Shown here: in pieces, positions 1 through 10,315 of the stretch | Layout of the letters: each line of letters starts with the position of its first letter | How positions within the stretch are numbered: the first letter of the stretch is position 1 | IMG/VR virus record: IMGVR_UViG_3300037461_000951 | Location: 1 to 64,000 of that record | Reading direction: 5' to 3' (one strand) | From: a virus | Length of the DNA stretch: 64,000 nucleotides | Position numbers and translations under genes: made by a program | Notes under the pieces: generated by a model | Told to the model about the DNA's origin: nothing | What the model saw: only the letters and a program-made list of their open reading frames with translations | Databases searched by the model: none

Positions 1-113
1 AGAACTGTAAGATTTAGACGGAGTTCTTTTCCTTTAGATCTTACTCCTTTAGATGCTGCACATAATTATTATGTCGGATCTATCAATTTAATCCAAATTT
101 AAAGAGAACTTTT

Positions 114-1100
114 ATGGCTATTGTCGGAACAGAACTCAAGTACTATCAATCAAAGGTAGTGAACGACACCACGTCCAATGGTGGGCGCATCAGCACCACC
201 TTGATCACTTCTGGACAGAGTAATACGTGGTGGCCGAATGTGACTGAGGCGCAACTCGCGTCTGGCGTCACCCAATATCGCAAAGGCTTTATGCGTGTCG
301 ATAACGCCAATGACGAGGTGGGCTATAACTGTCGCATTGGTTTGTGGAAGCCCACCCCCGGTAGTGATTCGCTCTATCTGATCAAAGGAACGCAAACCGA
401 TATTCAGAGTGGGGTGGGTACTGATTTGTACGGCGCAGGCACATTGGATTCCAGTGTCTTGACGGGCGTGAGTGAGATCGATGTGTTGGTGGAAGATGGC
501 ACTGTGACGATCTTTCGTGCCGGGGATTTGATTCGTATTTCTGATCAGACCACCGTGGGTGGCAGTGGCAATGCCGAAGTCAAGGAAATCGATACCGGAG
601 GCGTGTCGGTGGATGGTGATGTCGTCACTCTCACGCTGACCTCAGCCCTGGCGAACGACTACAGCGACACCAACACCTACGTCTGTTCGTTGATTGAGGA
701 AGCCACGGTCACGGGCACCACCACCGGAAAATTGGTGACGAGTGAGTCGGGAACCTTCGATGCCAATGAAATGACGGTTGGCAACCTGGGTTCGATCTAT
801 CAAGTCGTTAGATTCACCTTCACCAGTGCCTCGGCGTTCACTGTTACCAGTGATGAAGTCACCTTCTCACCGAATACAGGTTCAATTTCCGCGACCTATG
901 AACCGACGAATGTAGTGGCTGGAGCCAGTTATTTCGCAGTACCGCCCGCTTGTTGGGGTGGGACCTATGCCAATGGCGATACCGTGGATATTACCACGAT
1001 TCCGCCGTGTGTGCCGGTGTGGGAGAAGCGCGTGGTGCCAGTGGGTGCCACCGCGATTGCCTCGCAAACGCGCACCTTGATGACCTTTATCGAGTCTTGA
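114..1100 (+). CDS. virion tail/baseplate structural protein
   Basis: 328 aa, T/S/G/V-rich beta-type composition; N-terminus (ELKYYQS..DTTSNGGR) resembles conserved phage tail proteins; first of a co-oriented structural run. Confidence 0.6.
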   Translation: MAIVGTELKYYQSKVVNDTTSNGGRISTTLITSGQSNTWWPNVTEAQLASGVTQYRKGFMRVDNANDEVGYNCRIGLWKPTPGSDSLYLIKGTQTDIQSGVGTDLYGAGTLDSSVLTGVSEIDVLVEDGTVTIFRAGDLIRISDQTTVGGSGNAEVKEIDTGGVSVDGDVVTLTLTSALANDYSDTNTYVCSLIEEATVTGTTTGKLVTSESGTFDANEMTVGNLGSIYQVVRFTFTSASAFTVTSDEVTFSPNTGSISATYEPTNVVAGASYFAVPPACWGGTYANGDTVDITTIPPCVPVWEKRVVPVGATAIASQTRTLMTFIES

Positions 1101-1102
1101 TA

Positions 1103-2236
1103 ATGACCGAGATGCAGGTCGCCACCCTCAACGTCGCCTTCACGAAAGACGACGGTTTGGGGGATGACGCGGGCAAGAACCGAATCGTATTGCAGCAAGT
1201 GACCAAACGCATGGTCGATGGGATTCTCACGGCTCGTTGCTTTCCTTCGTCCGGTGTCCAGTTCAAAGCCTCGGTCGGTTCGATTGAACCCAAGGAAGTG
1301 CGATCGTGGTCGGCCTGGGAATCCATCAAGTTCTCCGACAGTAGTGAAGGTCAGTTAAAACTTCCGGGAGCGACCGATGTGGTTCTTAACACCAGTACGA
1401 TGGTGTTGATGAAGAAAGTGGTGAATCGTTATGGCGATACCACCATTCAGTCTGCACCGGAAGCTCGTGTGGTATGGGATGCCACCGATGAAAAAGTAAA
1501 GGTTCAAAATTCATTAGGAACACCGATCAAAGTGTATGGCGCATGTTTTGTGCAATACACGGCTTCCTATCGCATCTTGTATTATCAACCCAATGCCAAT
1601 GAAACGCCGATTGGAGGTGGAGCTTATTCGTTCGTGTACACTACCGGCACGATCTTTGGCTACAACAATTACACCGTTGAAACTCTGGAAATGGAGTTGG
1701 ACATCAAAGACGCTCCCGAATGGGTCGAATTTGGACGAGTCACCAGCAAGATTGTATTGGATGAACGCGGCGTTTGGGAATATCCCGAGAATTGGGAAAG
1801 CACCTATCAAGAGAACAAAGACAAGTTGCCCGATCGTAAGACAGATTTTGCGAATCCCGGCACTTTTAGTTACTTTACGAACAGTTACACCATCGATCCC
1901 GATCAGTCGTTTACCGATGAACGGGTGCATTGCATTATCAAAGTTAATACGACGGGGGCCATTCAGTACGAAGATTTCAATAACGGCGGCGATGGTTATA
2001 CATTATGGAACATGCCTTATTCTGGATTTAATGGTGATGGTTATCATCCACGCTATACCTGCAAATTCAGTGATCCCCCCGGAGGCAAGAAAGCCAGCAG
2101 TGCCGAAGATTTTCAGTACGATGTGAATAATCGTACTTGGAGGGATGTTTTTCTATCCGTGAACAAGGACAGTATCAAATCCAAACTCAGAAACGAGTAT
2201 CCAGATATTCGAAATGATGGTGGAACTGCTCTATGA
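1103..2236 (+). CDS. tail/baseplate protein, paralog of 8256-8792
   Basis: Start moved to ATG 1103, directly after the upstream stop; MTEMQVATLNVAF matches MAEVIVATLNVSF of 8256-8792. Confidence 0.6.
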   Translation: MTEMQVATLNVAFTKDDGLGDDAGKNRIVLQQVTKRMVDGILTARCFPSSGVQFKASVGSIEPKEVRSWSAWESIKFSDSSEGQLKLPGATDVVLNTSTMVLMKKVVNRYGDTTIQSAPEARVVWDATDEKVKVQNSLGTPIKVYGACFVQYTASYRILYYQPNANETPIGGGAYSFVYTTGTIFGYNNYTVETLEMELDIKDAPEWVEFGRVTSKIVLDERGVWEYPENWESTYQENKDKLPDRKTDFANPGTFSYFTNSYTIDPDQSFTDERVHCIIKVNTTGAIQYEDFNNGGDGYTLWNMPYSGFNGDGYHPRYTCKFSDPPGGKKASSAEDFQYDVNNRTWRDVFLSVNKDSIKSKLRNEYPDIRNDGGTAL

Positions 2237-5124
2237 GTGGACACGCTTTTCGCAAGATTACGGGAATGCGTTATACGATGGGTGGGTTGTGGTATCAATT
2301 TATCACCACAGGGGGACCTTTAACGACGGATGGCGATAGGTATTACCAAGGTTCGGCAGTAGCGGTTAAACTTCCTAAAATTCCAGAAACAGGAACCTTG
2401 TCTTTTGATGATCTGGAACCCATCGCTACGGGATCAACCATTGAGAATCTCCCAGATGGGACGACACCTGATGAATCGGTGATGTCTACGATTTCCAGAG
2501 TGAAATGTCCTATTCAAGTAGAACTCATCACAGAACCGTGTTGCTATATCTTTCAGTCTCTTGATAACTATAAAAAATATCAACAATTAATGTATTCTTG
2601 GTGTGGACGACCAGGACAGATTCAGAATGCGGGCGCTTTGTCGCCGACTCCCTGGTTTGGTTATCGTGATGTGGGTTATGATGCGCGGCCCACACCCATC
2701 AAGGGACGAAACAATACTTCTCGATCTCCCGATACAGACTGGCCGCACGACGCCATGCTCGTTAAGATCAATTCTGAAGAATTCGGTTCGAGATCTTTTA
2801 TTGTTATGGTGGATGCGAGTCAACGATTTTATTGTTGGCCGCACGTCTATGATCAAGATGATGAAGGATTATCGGTTAGTTATCCAGAGCAGGGACAAAC
2901 GGTCAATGTATCGTCAGATCAAGTGCAATCACTCATTCCTCCATTTCCAGAATGGGTTTATGTTCCTGTTGGACAAAGAAGAGACACGGATTGGCCTTCC
3001 ACCAATGATTCAGGCGAACCTCGTTATGTTTGGAGGTTTCATCCTCTTGGAACAAAGGTTGTGGGTTTAGTACTCCAGAGAGAACCTTTTTCTGGTGAAT
3101 TGTGGTCAACCAATGTTAATTACACGTCCGGCGATCCACATTATGAAAATACTTCGTCTGTGGTAGAAGATTGGGAGTTTTCAACAGAAACGATTCATGG
3201 CATTGATTATTCAGGTGTACCTCAGAATGATTCGCCAGGATACGTTGAATTTAGCGTTGATATTGCCATTACCGGCACACTCGATACTGATTTTACTTTT
3301 GGATTGACACTGATTGATCATCAACCGACCGATGAAGATCATTACATCGTCGCTGCTGATTATTTAAGTCCGATCATTAACGGATGGGATTCGTATTCAG
3401 TGGATGCGCAACCGGGCGATCTGATTGTCTTGGATTTGGAGGTCAGGATCGGCCCTCTGAATATGGAGTTATTAGAAAGCGAAGGATTCCTTGATACCCA
3501 CACGGAGTATTTTCGTCAGGTTTGGGCTAGTGTTATTCACAATGAAACCGGCACGGTGTTAAGAAAGTTTCTTCTGCTGGAGAAGCCCGACGACTATCTT
3601 TATACTGGAACTTATGTAGATTCACCAGAACAATATATTATATCAGGAGCTTTGTCGGGGATTGATTTATCAAAACTCTCTTTTTCCTATCAGGCGCGTA
3701 GACAAAAGTTTTTCATGGACGATGAGGATTATTATACTGAAAACTACGATACGTTCTTTGGTTATTGGTTTGGTGTCAGGCAGCGATGGATGCGAGAAGA
3801 AGCAGGGATTAGACTGTATGTCTTTAATCAGTTGGTGAAAGAGGTCCGTGGAGGGGAAAGTTACGACTTGTGGGATTCTGTAGATTCTACCAGTGTAGAT
3901 TCCACAAGCAGCAGATTAAGCCCTTTAGCGGTAGGCGAAAAACATATTAAGAACAGTCCTGGTAATATAGCTAATAATCTACGTGTTTATCTGTCACTCA
4001 TCCCTTTTGCTTATTATACAACTGAGGTCTTTATCGCGCCAAGCATATACACACTGACTGAATATCAACTACTCGACCCAGAAGACCCCGATGATGTCGA
4101 ATACGCAGTTTACAATGGTTTTTATAGTACGATAATTGGTAATGCTGATGGTACTAATGATAAAAACCTACAAAAGAGTGAGATTATTGAACAACTACAA
4201 TACATTGATGAAAAATTTGACGAAACTTATATAGAAGAACATATTTATCCGTATGTTAAATCGTATTTAGAGAGAGTGCTTGCGCAGATTGATCATATTG
4301 AAATTGTTGGAGACCCGGAGATTCCGGGTAGAATGATACCTTCTATTGTTTGGAATCCTGGATACGGAAGCGCGTCATGTATTATGGGTTTTACTGATCC
4401 TAATGATAGAAGTTTTTCGCATTTTACTAACTATTACTTTTTACATTATAGAGCCTACAAAAAATCATCTTATATTCAGGGTTTTTCATATACACTTCCT
4501 CCAGAACATCTATACGGCGTCCCTACTCTTCGGGATTATCCGGTGGGCAAAGACAGTTATCTGTTTGCTTGGTTTAATTCAATAAAATTATCCGTCAATG
4601 AAACCGTTTATGTTTCTCCAGAGGGTTTTTATGGAGCGACTCATGAGTTGTTTTATGCGGCAGAGGATTTGCCAGATGCTTCTATCTATACTGTAGGAGA
4701 ATTTACGGACGCCTTTATCAACGATCGTTATTTTGTGGACCGTGGATACGGACGATCACCTGATCCGGTAGCAATCATTAAGAATGCCAAGTATTTACAG
4801 GTTAATAAGCCTTCGTCAACTTGTTTATCTATCTTAAGGATGGATGTTTTGAGTCATATCAGTGGCGCACAGACGACGCATGAAGCACTGTATGAGTCTG
4901 CGTATCAACATTCATTGACTTATCCAACGGTTTACATTCGAGTCTTAGCCAACACATCTCCATTAAGTGAAATGCGATACATTTATAGTTATGAAATGCG
5001 GTATAGTGTGAATGGTAGCAATGCCTATGTCTGGGTAGAACCCACACTTCCAGAATTCCAAACTGAAGCGTTACGCTATTTCTATAAACCCGTTATTAAC
5101 GGTTCTGCCTTGTTCTCGAAGTAG
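2233..5124 (+). CDS. large virion protein (tail tip/receptor-binding candidate)
   Basis: 963 aa, ATGA-coupled to the previous gene, acidic and aromatic-rich, inside the tail operon; no family recognised. Confidence 0.5.
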   Translation: MSGHAFRKITGMRYTMGGLWYQFITTGGPLTTDGDRYYQGSAVAVKLPKIPETGTLSFDDLEPIATGSTIENLPDGTTPDESVMSTISRVKCPIQVELITEPCCYIFQSLDNYKKYQQLMYSWCGRPGQIQNAGALSPTPWFGYRDVGYDARPTPIKGRNNTSRSPDTDWPHDAMLVKINSEEFGSRSFIVMVDASQRFYCWPHVYDQDDEGLSVSYPEQGQTVNVSSDQVQSLIPPFPEWVYVPVGQRRDTDWPSTNDSGEPRYVWRFHPLGTKVVGLVLQREPFSGELWSTNVNYTSGDPHYENTSSVVEDWEFSTETIHGIDYSGVPQNDSPGYVEFSVDIAITGTLDTDFTFGLTLIDHQPTDEDHYIVAADYLSPIINGWDSYSVDAQPGDLIVLDLEVRIGPLNMELLESEGFLDTHTEYFRQVWASVIHNETGTVLRKFLLLEKPDDYLYTGTYVDSPEQYIISGALSGIDLSKLSFSYQARRQKFFMDDEDYYTENYDTFFGYWFGVRQRWMREEAGIRLYVFNQLVKEVRGGESYDLWDSVDSTSVDSTSSRLSPLAVGEKHIKNSPGNIANNLRVYLSLIPFAYYTTEVFIAPSIYTLTEYQLLDPEDPDDVEYAVYNGFYSTIIGNADGTNDKNLQKSEIIEQLQYIDEKFDETYIEEHIYPYVKSYLERVLAQIDHIEIVGDPEIPGRMIPSIVWNPGYGSASCIMGFTDPNDRSFSHFTNYYFLHYRAYKKSSYIQGFSYTLPPEHLYGVPTLRDYPVGKDSYLFAWFNSIKLSVNETVYVSPEGFYGATHELFYAAEDLPDASIYTVGEFTDAFINDRYFVDRGYGRSPDPVAIIKNAKYLQVNKPSSTCLSILRMDVLSHISGAQTTHEALYESAYQHSLTYPTVYIRVLANTSPLSEMRYIYSYEMRYSVNGSNAYVWVEPTLPEFQTEALRYFYKPVINGSALFSK

Positions 5125-5133
5125 GAAATTCCC

Positions 5134-6444
5134 ATGAAAGTATTGTACGCTAATAATGCTGAAGGTTTAACTGCTGCGGGTTCTAGTGGTCATAACTTGA
5201 TTCTAGCCACAGGTCAAGGCGCTCTTTTCCCTTCGATCCCGGAAGAAGGAGGTTATTTCTTCTATGTGCGGGTTGGAACGAATGAATCTAATACGGTCTA
5301 TACAGTTATCAATAGAGTGGATGATGAATTAACTACCGTAGAATATCTCGAAGAGTACGCAGCAGAAGTTCCTGTTAAACTAACTGTTTGTGCTGAACTG
5401 CTTGATCATTTCGCGCAAGAATATGATGGTGATGTCTTTGTTATTGATTCGGTTGAAGGCGATTTTTCGACATGGGGTTCCTTTGAATCGGTTTTGTCAG
5501 AATTGAATTTAATCGGAACTGTGGTTGCTGATTTAAGGGGTATTCATTCTATTATTCTTGATGATCGCGAGTTTAGGTCATCCGAAAAAATAAAGATTAG
5601 CGGTCATCGCGTCGATGTTACCATAGATAGTGTTCAATCTTCGTCGGGAAGTGCTGGAGATTACAGTGTCGTATTGAATGTCGAGTCCGTGACCGGATTA
5701 TTGGAAGGCCATGTTTTGCTTTGTTATCCTGGACTCCTGACTGGAGGCACGAATCCTAGCTATTTATCGGGCGCGCATCTTATTACGAATGTCGATGCAG
5801 TCAATGATCGCATTACCATCAATCTCCGGTCTTCTCTTGGAGTTCCGAGTGGTGCCGTATCGGGAGATGTCGTGGTCTTTACTACTGTAGTGGATCAAAT
5901 TATTTTAGCAGGAAAAGGATTTAACAGTATTGAGAATGTTGCGGTTGTCGCCAACGATGAAATCGGATTGCGAATTACAGATACCTTTACAGGTAATTTC
6001 TACGAAGGTGGAGAAATTGTTATTATTAACTCCACATCCAGTGGTGTTTATTTGGAAAATACCCGTGCTTATCTAAATATAGGGCTGACCATTACTGGAT
6101 GCTTGACAGGGATAAACTCCATTAATTCCATTCTTTATTGTAATCCAATCATTATAAATTGCGAGAATGCTTTTAATGTTTCTCAAGGAATATTGGACTG
6201 TTATGTTCTCTATATCATGGGTTGTACCGAAGGCATCCATGTCACACACGGGGCTTCGGCACGATTACAGGTAGGGGATGATTTTGGAGCAACGATTGAT
6301 CATGTCACCAATATTGCCATCAAGGCTTCACGGTACGGCTATATCGAAGTTGTCGATCCTGTGTTATCGAACAATGGAACCGATTACAGTCCTGCATTGA
6401 ATACACAAGGTAATAAGTACGGGTATATTGACGATGGTACTTAA
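5134..6444 (+). CDS. tail fiber/tailspike-like protein with beta-helix-like C-terminus
   Basis: N-terminal fiber-anchor-like region (ANNA..L...I.LATGQGALFP); C-terminal G-I-x-x repeats typical of right-handed beta helices. Confidence 0.55.
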   Translation: MKVLYANNAEGLTAAGSSGHNLILATGQGALFPSIPEEGGYFFYVRVGTNESNTVYTVINRVDDELTTVEYLEEYAAEVPVKLTVCAELLDHFAQEYDGDVFVIDSVEGDFSTWGSFESVLSELNLIGTVVADLRGIHSIILDDREFRSSEKIKISGHRVDVTIDSVQSSSGSAGDYSVVLNVESVTGLLEGHVLLCYPGLLTGGTNPSYLSGAHLITNVDAVNDRITINLRSSLGVPSGAVSGDVVVFTTVVDQIILAGKGFNSIENVAVVANDEIGLRITDTFTGNFYEGGEIVIINSTSSGVYLENTRAYLNIGLTITGCLTGINSINSILYCNPIIINCENAFNVSQGILDCYVLYIMGCTEGIHVTHGASARLQVGDDFGATIDHVTNIAIKASRYGYIEVVDPVLSNNGTDYSPALNTQGNKYGYIDDGT

Positions 6445-8263
6445 TACTTCGACGTTCAATACAGATATTCTTAATGGCTCCTCTACAGAAAGTGGTCCAT
6501 TAAGCCGTGCGACAGGTACGCATACATCGACGTATGGCACAACATTTTCCGTTTCGTTTGCGCATACCGCGATATATGGCACCACGGCTCTCGCTTCCAA
6601 TGTCACCCGTTACGAATCCGATGTTGATCGAGCCATCGGTGTTCATGAATCCCTCTATGGATTAACGGCTCAATACCTCCATACGATGACCTGGGCTTCC
6701 GATAGCCTTCTCAGTACCGTCGCCTCTCACGAATCGAGTTATCAATCGAGTGGTGGCTTCGCCACGATCGTCACGACCCACAACACCACTTGGGCGAGTG
6801 ATGTTGGTTACTTATCGGCCTTTGCGCTTCATGCAACAAATTGGGAATCATCGGGGAGTGTAGAGACCACTTTCGCATCTCACGAAACCACTTACGATTC
6901 TTTCATACGGATTCCCGGTTATGTGGTTCATGAGGTTTCATGGAGCAGTTCGGGTTCCAGTATCTATTCTACGGTAGCCACTCATGAAGTCGCATGGGCA
7001 TCGTTGCCAGCCGTTACGGCGAGTCACACTACTCGTTATCAATCGGTGGCGGAAGACTTTGCGATTCATACCCACACCTGGAAATCGTTTGTTCAGGAGA
7101 ACGTGGGAGTTCACGAAGCGCGATATCGTTCCTTTACCCTCAATGCGCAGTTTATTCTTGCCAATGCCTACATTGAGCCGGACATCCAGTTGTTGTCGGC
7201 CTCGGTGACGGCGGATGAAGATTCCCCGTATTATCAATGTGAAGTCGAGTTGCGGGATGCCAAAGACTATTCCACCTTCGTGCGCGATCAAGCATTTATT
7301 CTGCATCTGTTCGATGACGAGTATCATTTTGTGGTGGACAGCAAAGGCTTATCGCGCAGCATCGATGACGAGGGCAACTATCAGGAAAGCGTTACGCTTT
7401 CCGGGCTGTCGCCGTTGTGTTTAAAAGCCGCGCCGCGCTCCACGCCGATCACGAAGGTGTGGGTGACGCCCATCATGGCGTCCGATGTGGTGGAGGAACT
7501 GATCGGACTTGTAACCTGGAATTTGGTGGACTGGATGATTCCGGGGTATCGCTTGTCGGCGGACAATGCTGATCCTTTCGAGATCGCCCAGAACATCGTG
7601 AACGCTGCCGGGGGCTTGCTGGAGTCACAACCCAATGGGAGTGTAGTGGTGCGGCATCGCTGGCCGACGAGCATTGCCGCACTGGACACGGGGATTCCCT
7701 CCACGATCTTGTCCGAAACCATGATTTATTCAGCGCAGGAGCAACCGACGCAGGACGTGTTGATGAATCGCATTCGGATCACCGACTCCAATGCCGGGTA
7801 TCAGGATCGACTCGAGTACGAACCAAATCAGGTCTATGGCGAAGACGATCCGTGGAGCGGGATGCTCTATGCCTACTTGAGTCCGTGGCGAGATGGACTG
7901 CGCATCGTCACCACTCGGGGTTCAAAGATTCAACTCGGGACACAAAGCGAAAGCACCAAACGCATCTTTGATGCGGATGATGAGCAGACTGCTGAAGTCT
8001 TGACCTTTGAAGGCGGTCAAAGCTCGACGCGGTATCCCATCATGACACTGGATTCACTGGAATGGTGGGACGAAAATCTAGGTGGATTAACCTTTGTTCC
8101 GTATGCCACCACCGTCGAAGCCAGTGCGGAAGGCGCTTATTCAGGTTATTCACTCGCGCAAATCGAATACACGACTCGTCGTTTACAGGTGCCGGTGCGC
8201 TGCACTCCAGACGCCGAAGCGATCGAAGCACAATTTTTATTATTGGAGACGCAAAATGGCTGA
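6428..8263 (+). CDS. tail/baseplate hub-like protein with N-terminal H-x3-[WY]-x-S repeats
   Basis: 611 aa; about 13 repeats in the first ~240 aa; hub-like central region (VNAAGGLLESQPNGSVVVR). Confidence 0.6.
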   Translation: MTMVLNTSTFNTDILNGSSTESGPLSRATGTHTSTYGTTFSVSFAHTAIYGTTALASNVTRYESDVDRAIGVHESLYGLTAQYLHTMTWASDSLLSTVASHESSYQSSGGFATIVTTHNTTWASDVGYLSAFALHATNWESSGSVETTFASHETTYDSFIRIPGYVVHEVSWSSSGSSIYSTVATHEVAWASLPAVTASHTTRYQSVAEDFAIHTHTWKSFVQENVGVHEARYRSFTLNAQFILANAYIEPDIQLLSASVTADEDSPYYQCEVELRDAKDYSTFVRDQAFILHLFDDEYHFVVDSKGLSRSIDDEGNYQESVTLSGLSPLCLKAAPRSTPITKVWVTPIMASDVVEELIGLVTWNLVDWMIPGYRLSADNADPFEIAQNIVNAAGGLLESQPNGSVVVRHRWPTSIAALDTGIPSTILSETMIYSAQEQPTQDVLMNRIRITDSNAGYQDRLEYEPNQVYGEDDPWSGMLYAYLSPWRDGLRIVTTRGSKIQLGTQSESTKRIFDADDEQTAEVLTFEGGQSSTRYPIMTLDSLEWWDENLGGLTFVPYATTVEASAEGAYSGYSLAQIEYTTRRLQVPVRCTPDAEAIEAQFLLLETQNG

Positions 8264-8792
8264 GGTAATTGTTGCCACCCTGAATGTTTCATTTTCTGAG
8301 GATACGACAGAAGACACCACGCAAAGCGTGTTGAAACTGGAGATTGACGATCGCGAAGACGGATTAAATAATGGGGACACCTCGTTCAGTCCTGGAGACG
8401 ATGCCTATTATTTTCTGTTCAAAGATTCGAACGTGACGGTATTGGATCACGAAGTCACGGCGGGAGGAAAATCGTCGGAAGGCAGTGGCACCAAATCGAT
8501 CAATGAAAGCATCACCTTCTCCAACAGCGATACCGCTTCTTTGGGTTATCCGCCCGATGGTGCGGTCGCTTTGCAATGGTTGGGTCGATCGTTCGAGATT
8601 CGAGGAACCACCATTGTGCCCAACTCGACGTTGCCCGAGATCACTCGCAGCGAGTTGAAGATGCCCAATGGGAAAAAGGTGGCGGGTCTCTTGAACTGTG
8701 TCTACACCTCCACGGGCACCTTGTATAAACTCAGCAATGTACCCAAAGACTTTGAGGAAGTGCTGGTCTTTGCGATCGGCACGGTGTCCTGA
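8256..8792 (+). CDS. tail/baseplate protein
   Basis: ATG 8256 preceded by GGAG; paralogous to 1103-2236. Confidence 0.6.
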   Translation: MAEVIVATLNVSFSEDTTEDTTQSVLKLEIDDREDGLNNGDTSFSPGDDAYYFLFKDSNVTVLDHEVTAGGKSSEGSGTKSINESITFSNSDTASLGYPPDGAVALQWLGRSFEIRGTTIVPNSTLPEITRSELKMPNGKKVAGLLNCVYTSTGTLYKLSNVPKDFEEVLVFAIGTVS

Positions 8793-9100
8793 TGGACATT
8801 CTTTGCATTCGGGGTTCGGGGGATCGACCGGGCGATGACATCACCGATCCACTCTTAAGCACCGTGGAAGCCGGATTGTCGAGAGGCCGCGCTGAACTTG
8901 ATGAAGGCGCATTGAGCGATGAACAGCGTCTCGAAACAATTCTAATGGATTTACGATTGGGTCAACTGATCGAAGTGGACGATTCGACATTAGGTCGTTG
9001 GCGAGGTAAAGTCACGTCTTTATCCCATCAAGTACAAATTGATGACGAAGGTAATTTGTCGGGATCTAGTACTTTCTCTTTCCGCAAACCTCGTCAATAG
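8792..9100 (+). CDS. small tail/baseplate protein
   Basis: TGATG coupling; sequence resembles the C-terminal part of phage hub proteins (RGRAELD..LRLGQLIEV). Confidence 0.55.
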   Translation: MDILCIRGSGDRPGDDITDPLLSTVEAGLSRGRAELDEGALSDEQRLETILMDLRLGQLIEVDDSTLGRWRGKVTSLSHQVQIDDEGNLSGSSTFSFRKPRQ

Positions 9101-9369
9101 CACACTTGAAGTGAATTTGGTGGCAGATCGGCATATACCATCCAAGCGGTGCCGAGAGGTTGGACATGAGGATCAATGAAAACTTCACCGTCATAGTCCA
9201 CTTGAAAGATGATAGAATCTCCAAAAGCTTCTCCAAGGCGTTCTTGACAAGAACGAATGGCTTTAGCGTTGACCATAGAGTTAGTCAAATACACCACTGG
9301 ATTGCCAATCAATCCTTCACGTTCAATCCGTTTTTGTAAATAACTATTCGTTACGTGGTAATACCTCAT
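9094..9369 (-). CDS. small ADP-ribosyltransferase-fold (Tpt1/KptA C-domain-like) protein
   Basis: YYHVT...IEREGL...VYLT pattern; fills the gap between two + strand tail genes. Confidence 0.5.
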   Translation of the reverse strand: MRYYHVTNSYLQKRIEREGLIGNPVVYLTNSMVNAKAIRSCQERLGEAFGDSIIFQVDYDGEVFIDPHVQPLGTAWMVYADLPPNSLQVCY

Positions 9370-9595
9370 GCACCCTCTTAAACAATTACGAAAAATGATG
9401 CAAGAATCTTCACCGCAACAAGGTAAAGTGGTGAAAGTGAGCTCTGAATTGCGTGTGGCAACGTATCAAGGATCGATAGCGATCACACCTTCGGCAAATG
9501 ATGCGACGGTATATCGAGTGGGAGATTCTGTTATCCTTTCAAATGGAGTGATTGTGGGGCGACGGTTAAAGACTCCCACTACGTATGTAATCTAA
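9368..9595 (+). CDS. small tail protein, end of structural operon
   Basis: 75 aa, OB-fold-like GKVV...YRVGDSV. Confidence 0.5.
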   Translation: MHPLKQLRKMMQESSPQQGKVVKVSSELRVATYQGSIAITPSANDATVYRVGDSVILSNGVIVGRRLKTPTTYVI

Positions 9596-9984
9596 CTCAT
9601 CGAAAATTCTTCGAGAAGTTCCTCAATGAGGATGAATTCTCCTTGATAAATAAAACTCAGATAAAAACCTTCGCAGTCATAAGCAATATGACCATGATTG
9701 ATTTCCATATCAATCTCGTGTTGTCTGAGTATTTCACGAACACGAAGAACTCGATTCTGCTTTTCAAGTTCCATCCTATTTTTATATTCTTCTGTGTCCT
9801 CTATTCGATGAATAATAAACGAATGTATTTGTTTGCGGTTTAAGAAAATAGAGAAACAACCTGTCTCTCCAGAAGAGCGAATTTGATCTTCAATCTCTTG
9901 AATATTTTCTGCATCCAGTTTAAACCTTTTTGCAGAGTCAAACGAAAGATGATAAGACCAGTTATGCAAAATATCGTATTGCAT
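9592..9984 (-). CDS. hypothetical protein
   Basis: ORF in compact minus-strand run of small genes. Confidence 0.5.
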   Translation of the reverse strand: MQYDILHNWSYHLSFDSAKRFKLDAENIQEIEDQIRSSGETGCFSIFLNRKQIHSFIIHRIEDTEEYKNRMELEKQNRVLRVREILRQHEIDMEINHGHIAYDCEGFYLSFIYQGEFILIEELLEEFSMS

Positions 9985-10003
9985 GATGATTCTATTTTCT
10001 TGT

Positions 10004-10312
10004 TCAACCGTTAGGCCAGATACCAGTTCTTACAAATTTTAATAACTCTTCATCAGTTAAATACCCGAGTCGTTCTCGAAGTGCTGAAACATGATGGGGT
10101 TGCATTGGCTCATATCTATTTAAAAATAATGCTGCAAAAAACAATCTATTATAATTAATGTTACTCATTTCACCTGCTTTATAAGCAGTTTTTATGGCCG
10201 ATTCATCATACAAAGCTTTAGATTCTTTTGTATTAGGTCTTGATACAACTCTGGTAAAATCATCAGGATCGTACCAAGCTACGGGAACTAATTGATCAAT
10301 AAAATTTTTCAT
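10004..10312 (-). CDS. hypothetical protein
   Basis: ORF in compact minus-strand run. Confidence 0.5.
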   Translation of the reverse strand: MKNFIDQLVPVAWYDPDDFTRVVSRPNTKESKALYDESAIKTAYKAGEMSNINYNRLFFAALFLNRYEPMQPHHVSALRERLGYLTDEELLKFVRTGIWPNG

Positions 10313-10315
10313 TCA

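Noticed and set aside
150-8576. Alternative-frame and antisense ORFs within tail genes (e.g. 1536-2126, 2603-3070, 6938-7327)
   Set aside because: Shadow ORFs of GC-richer coding sequence, with no RBS or motifs
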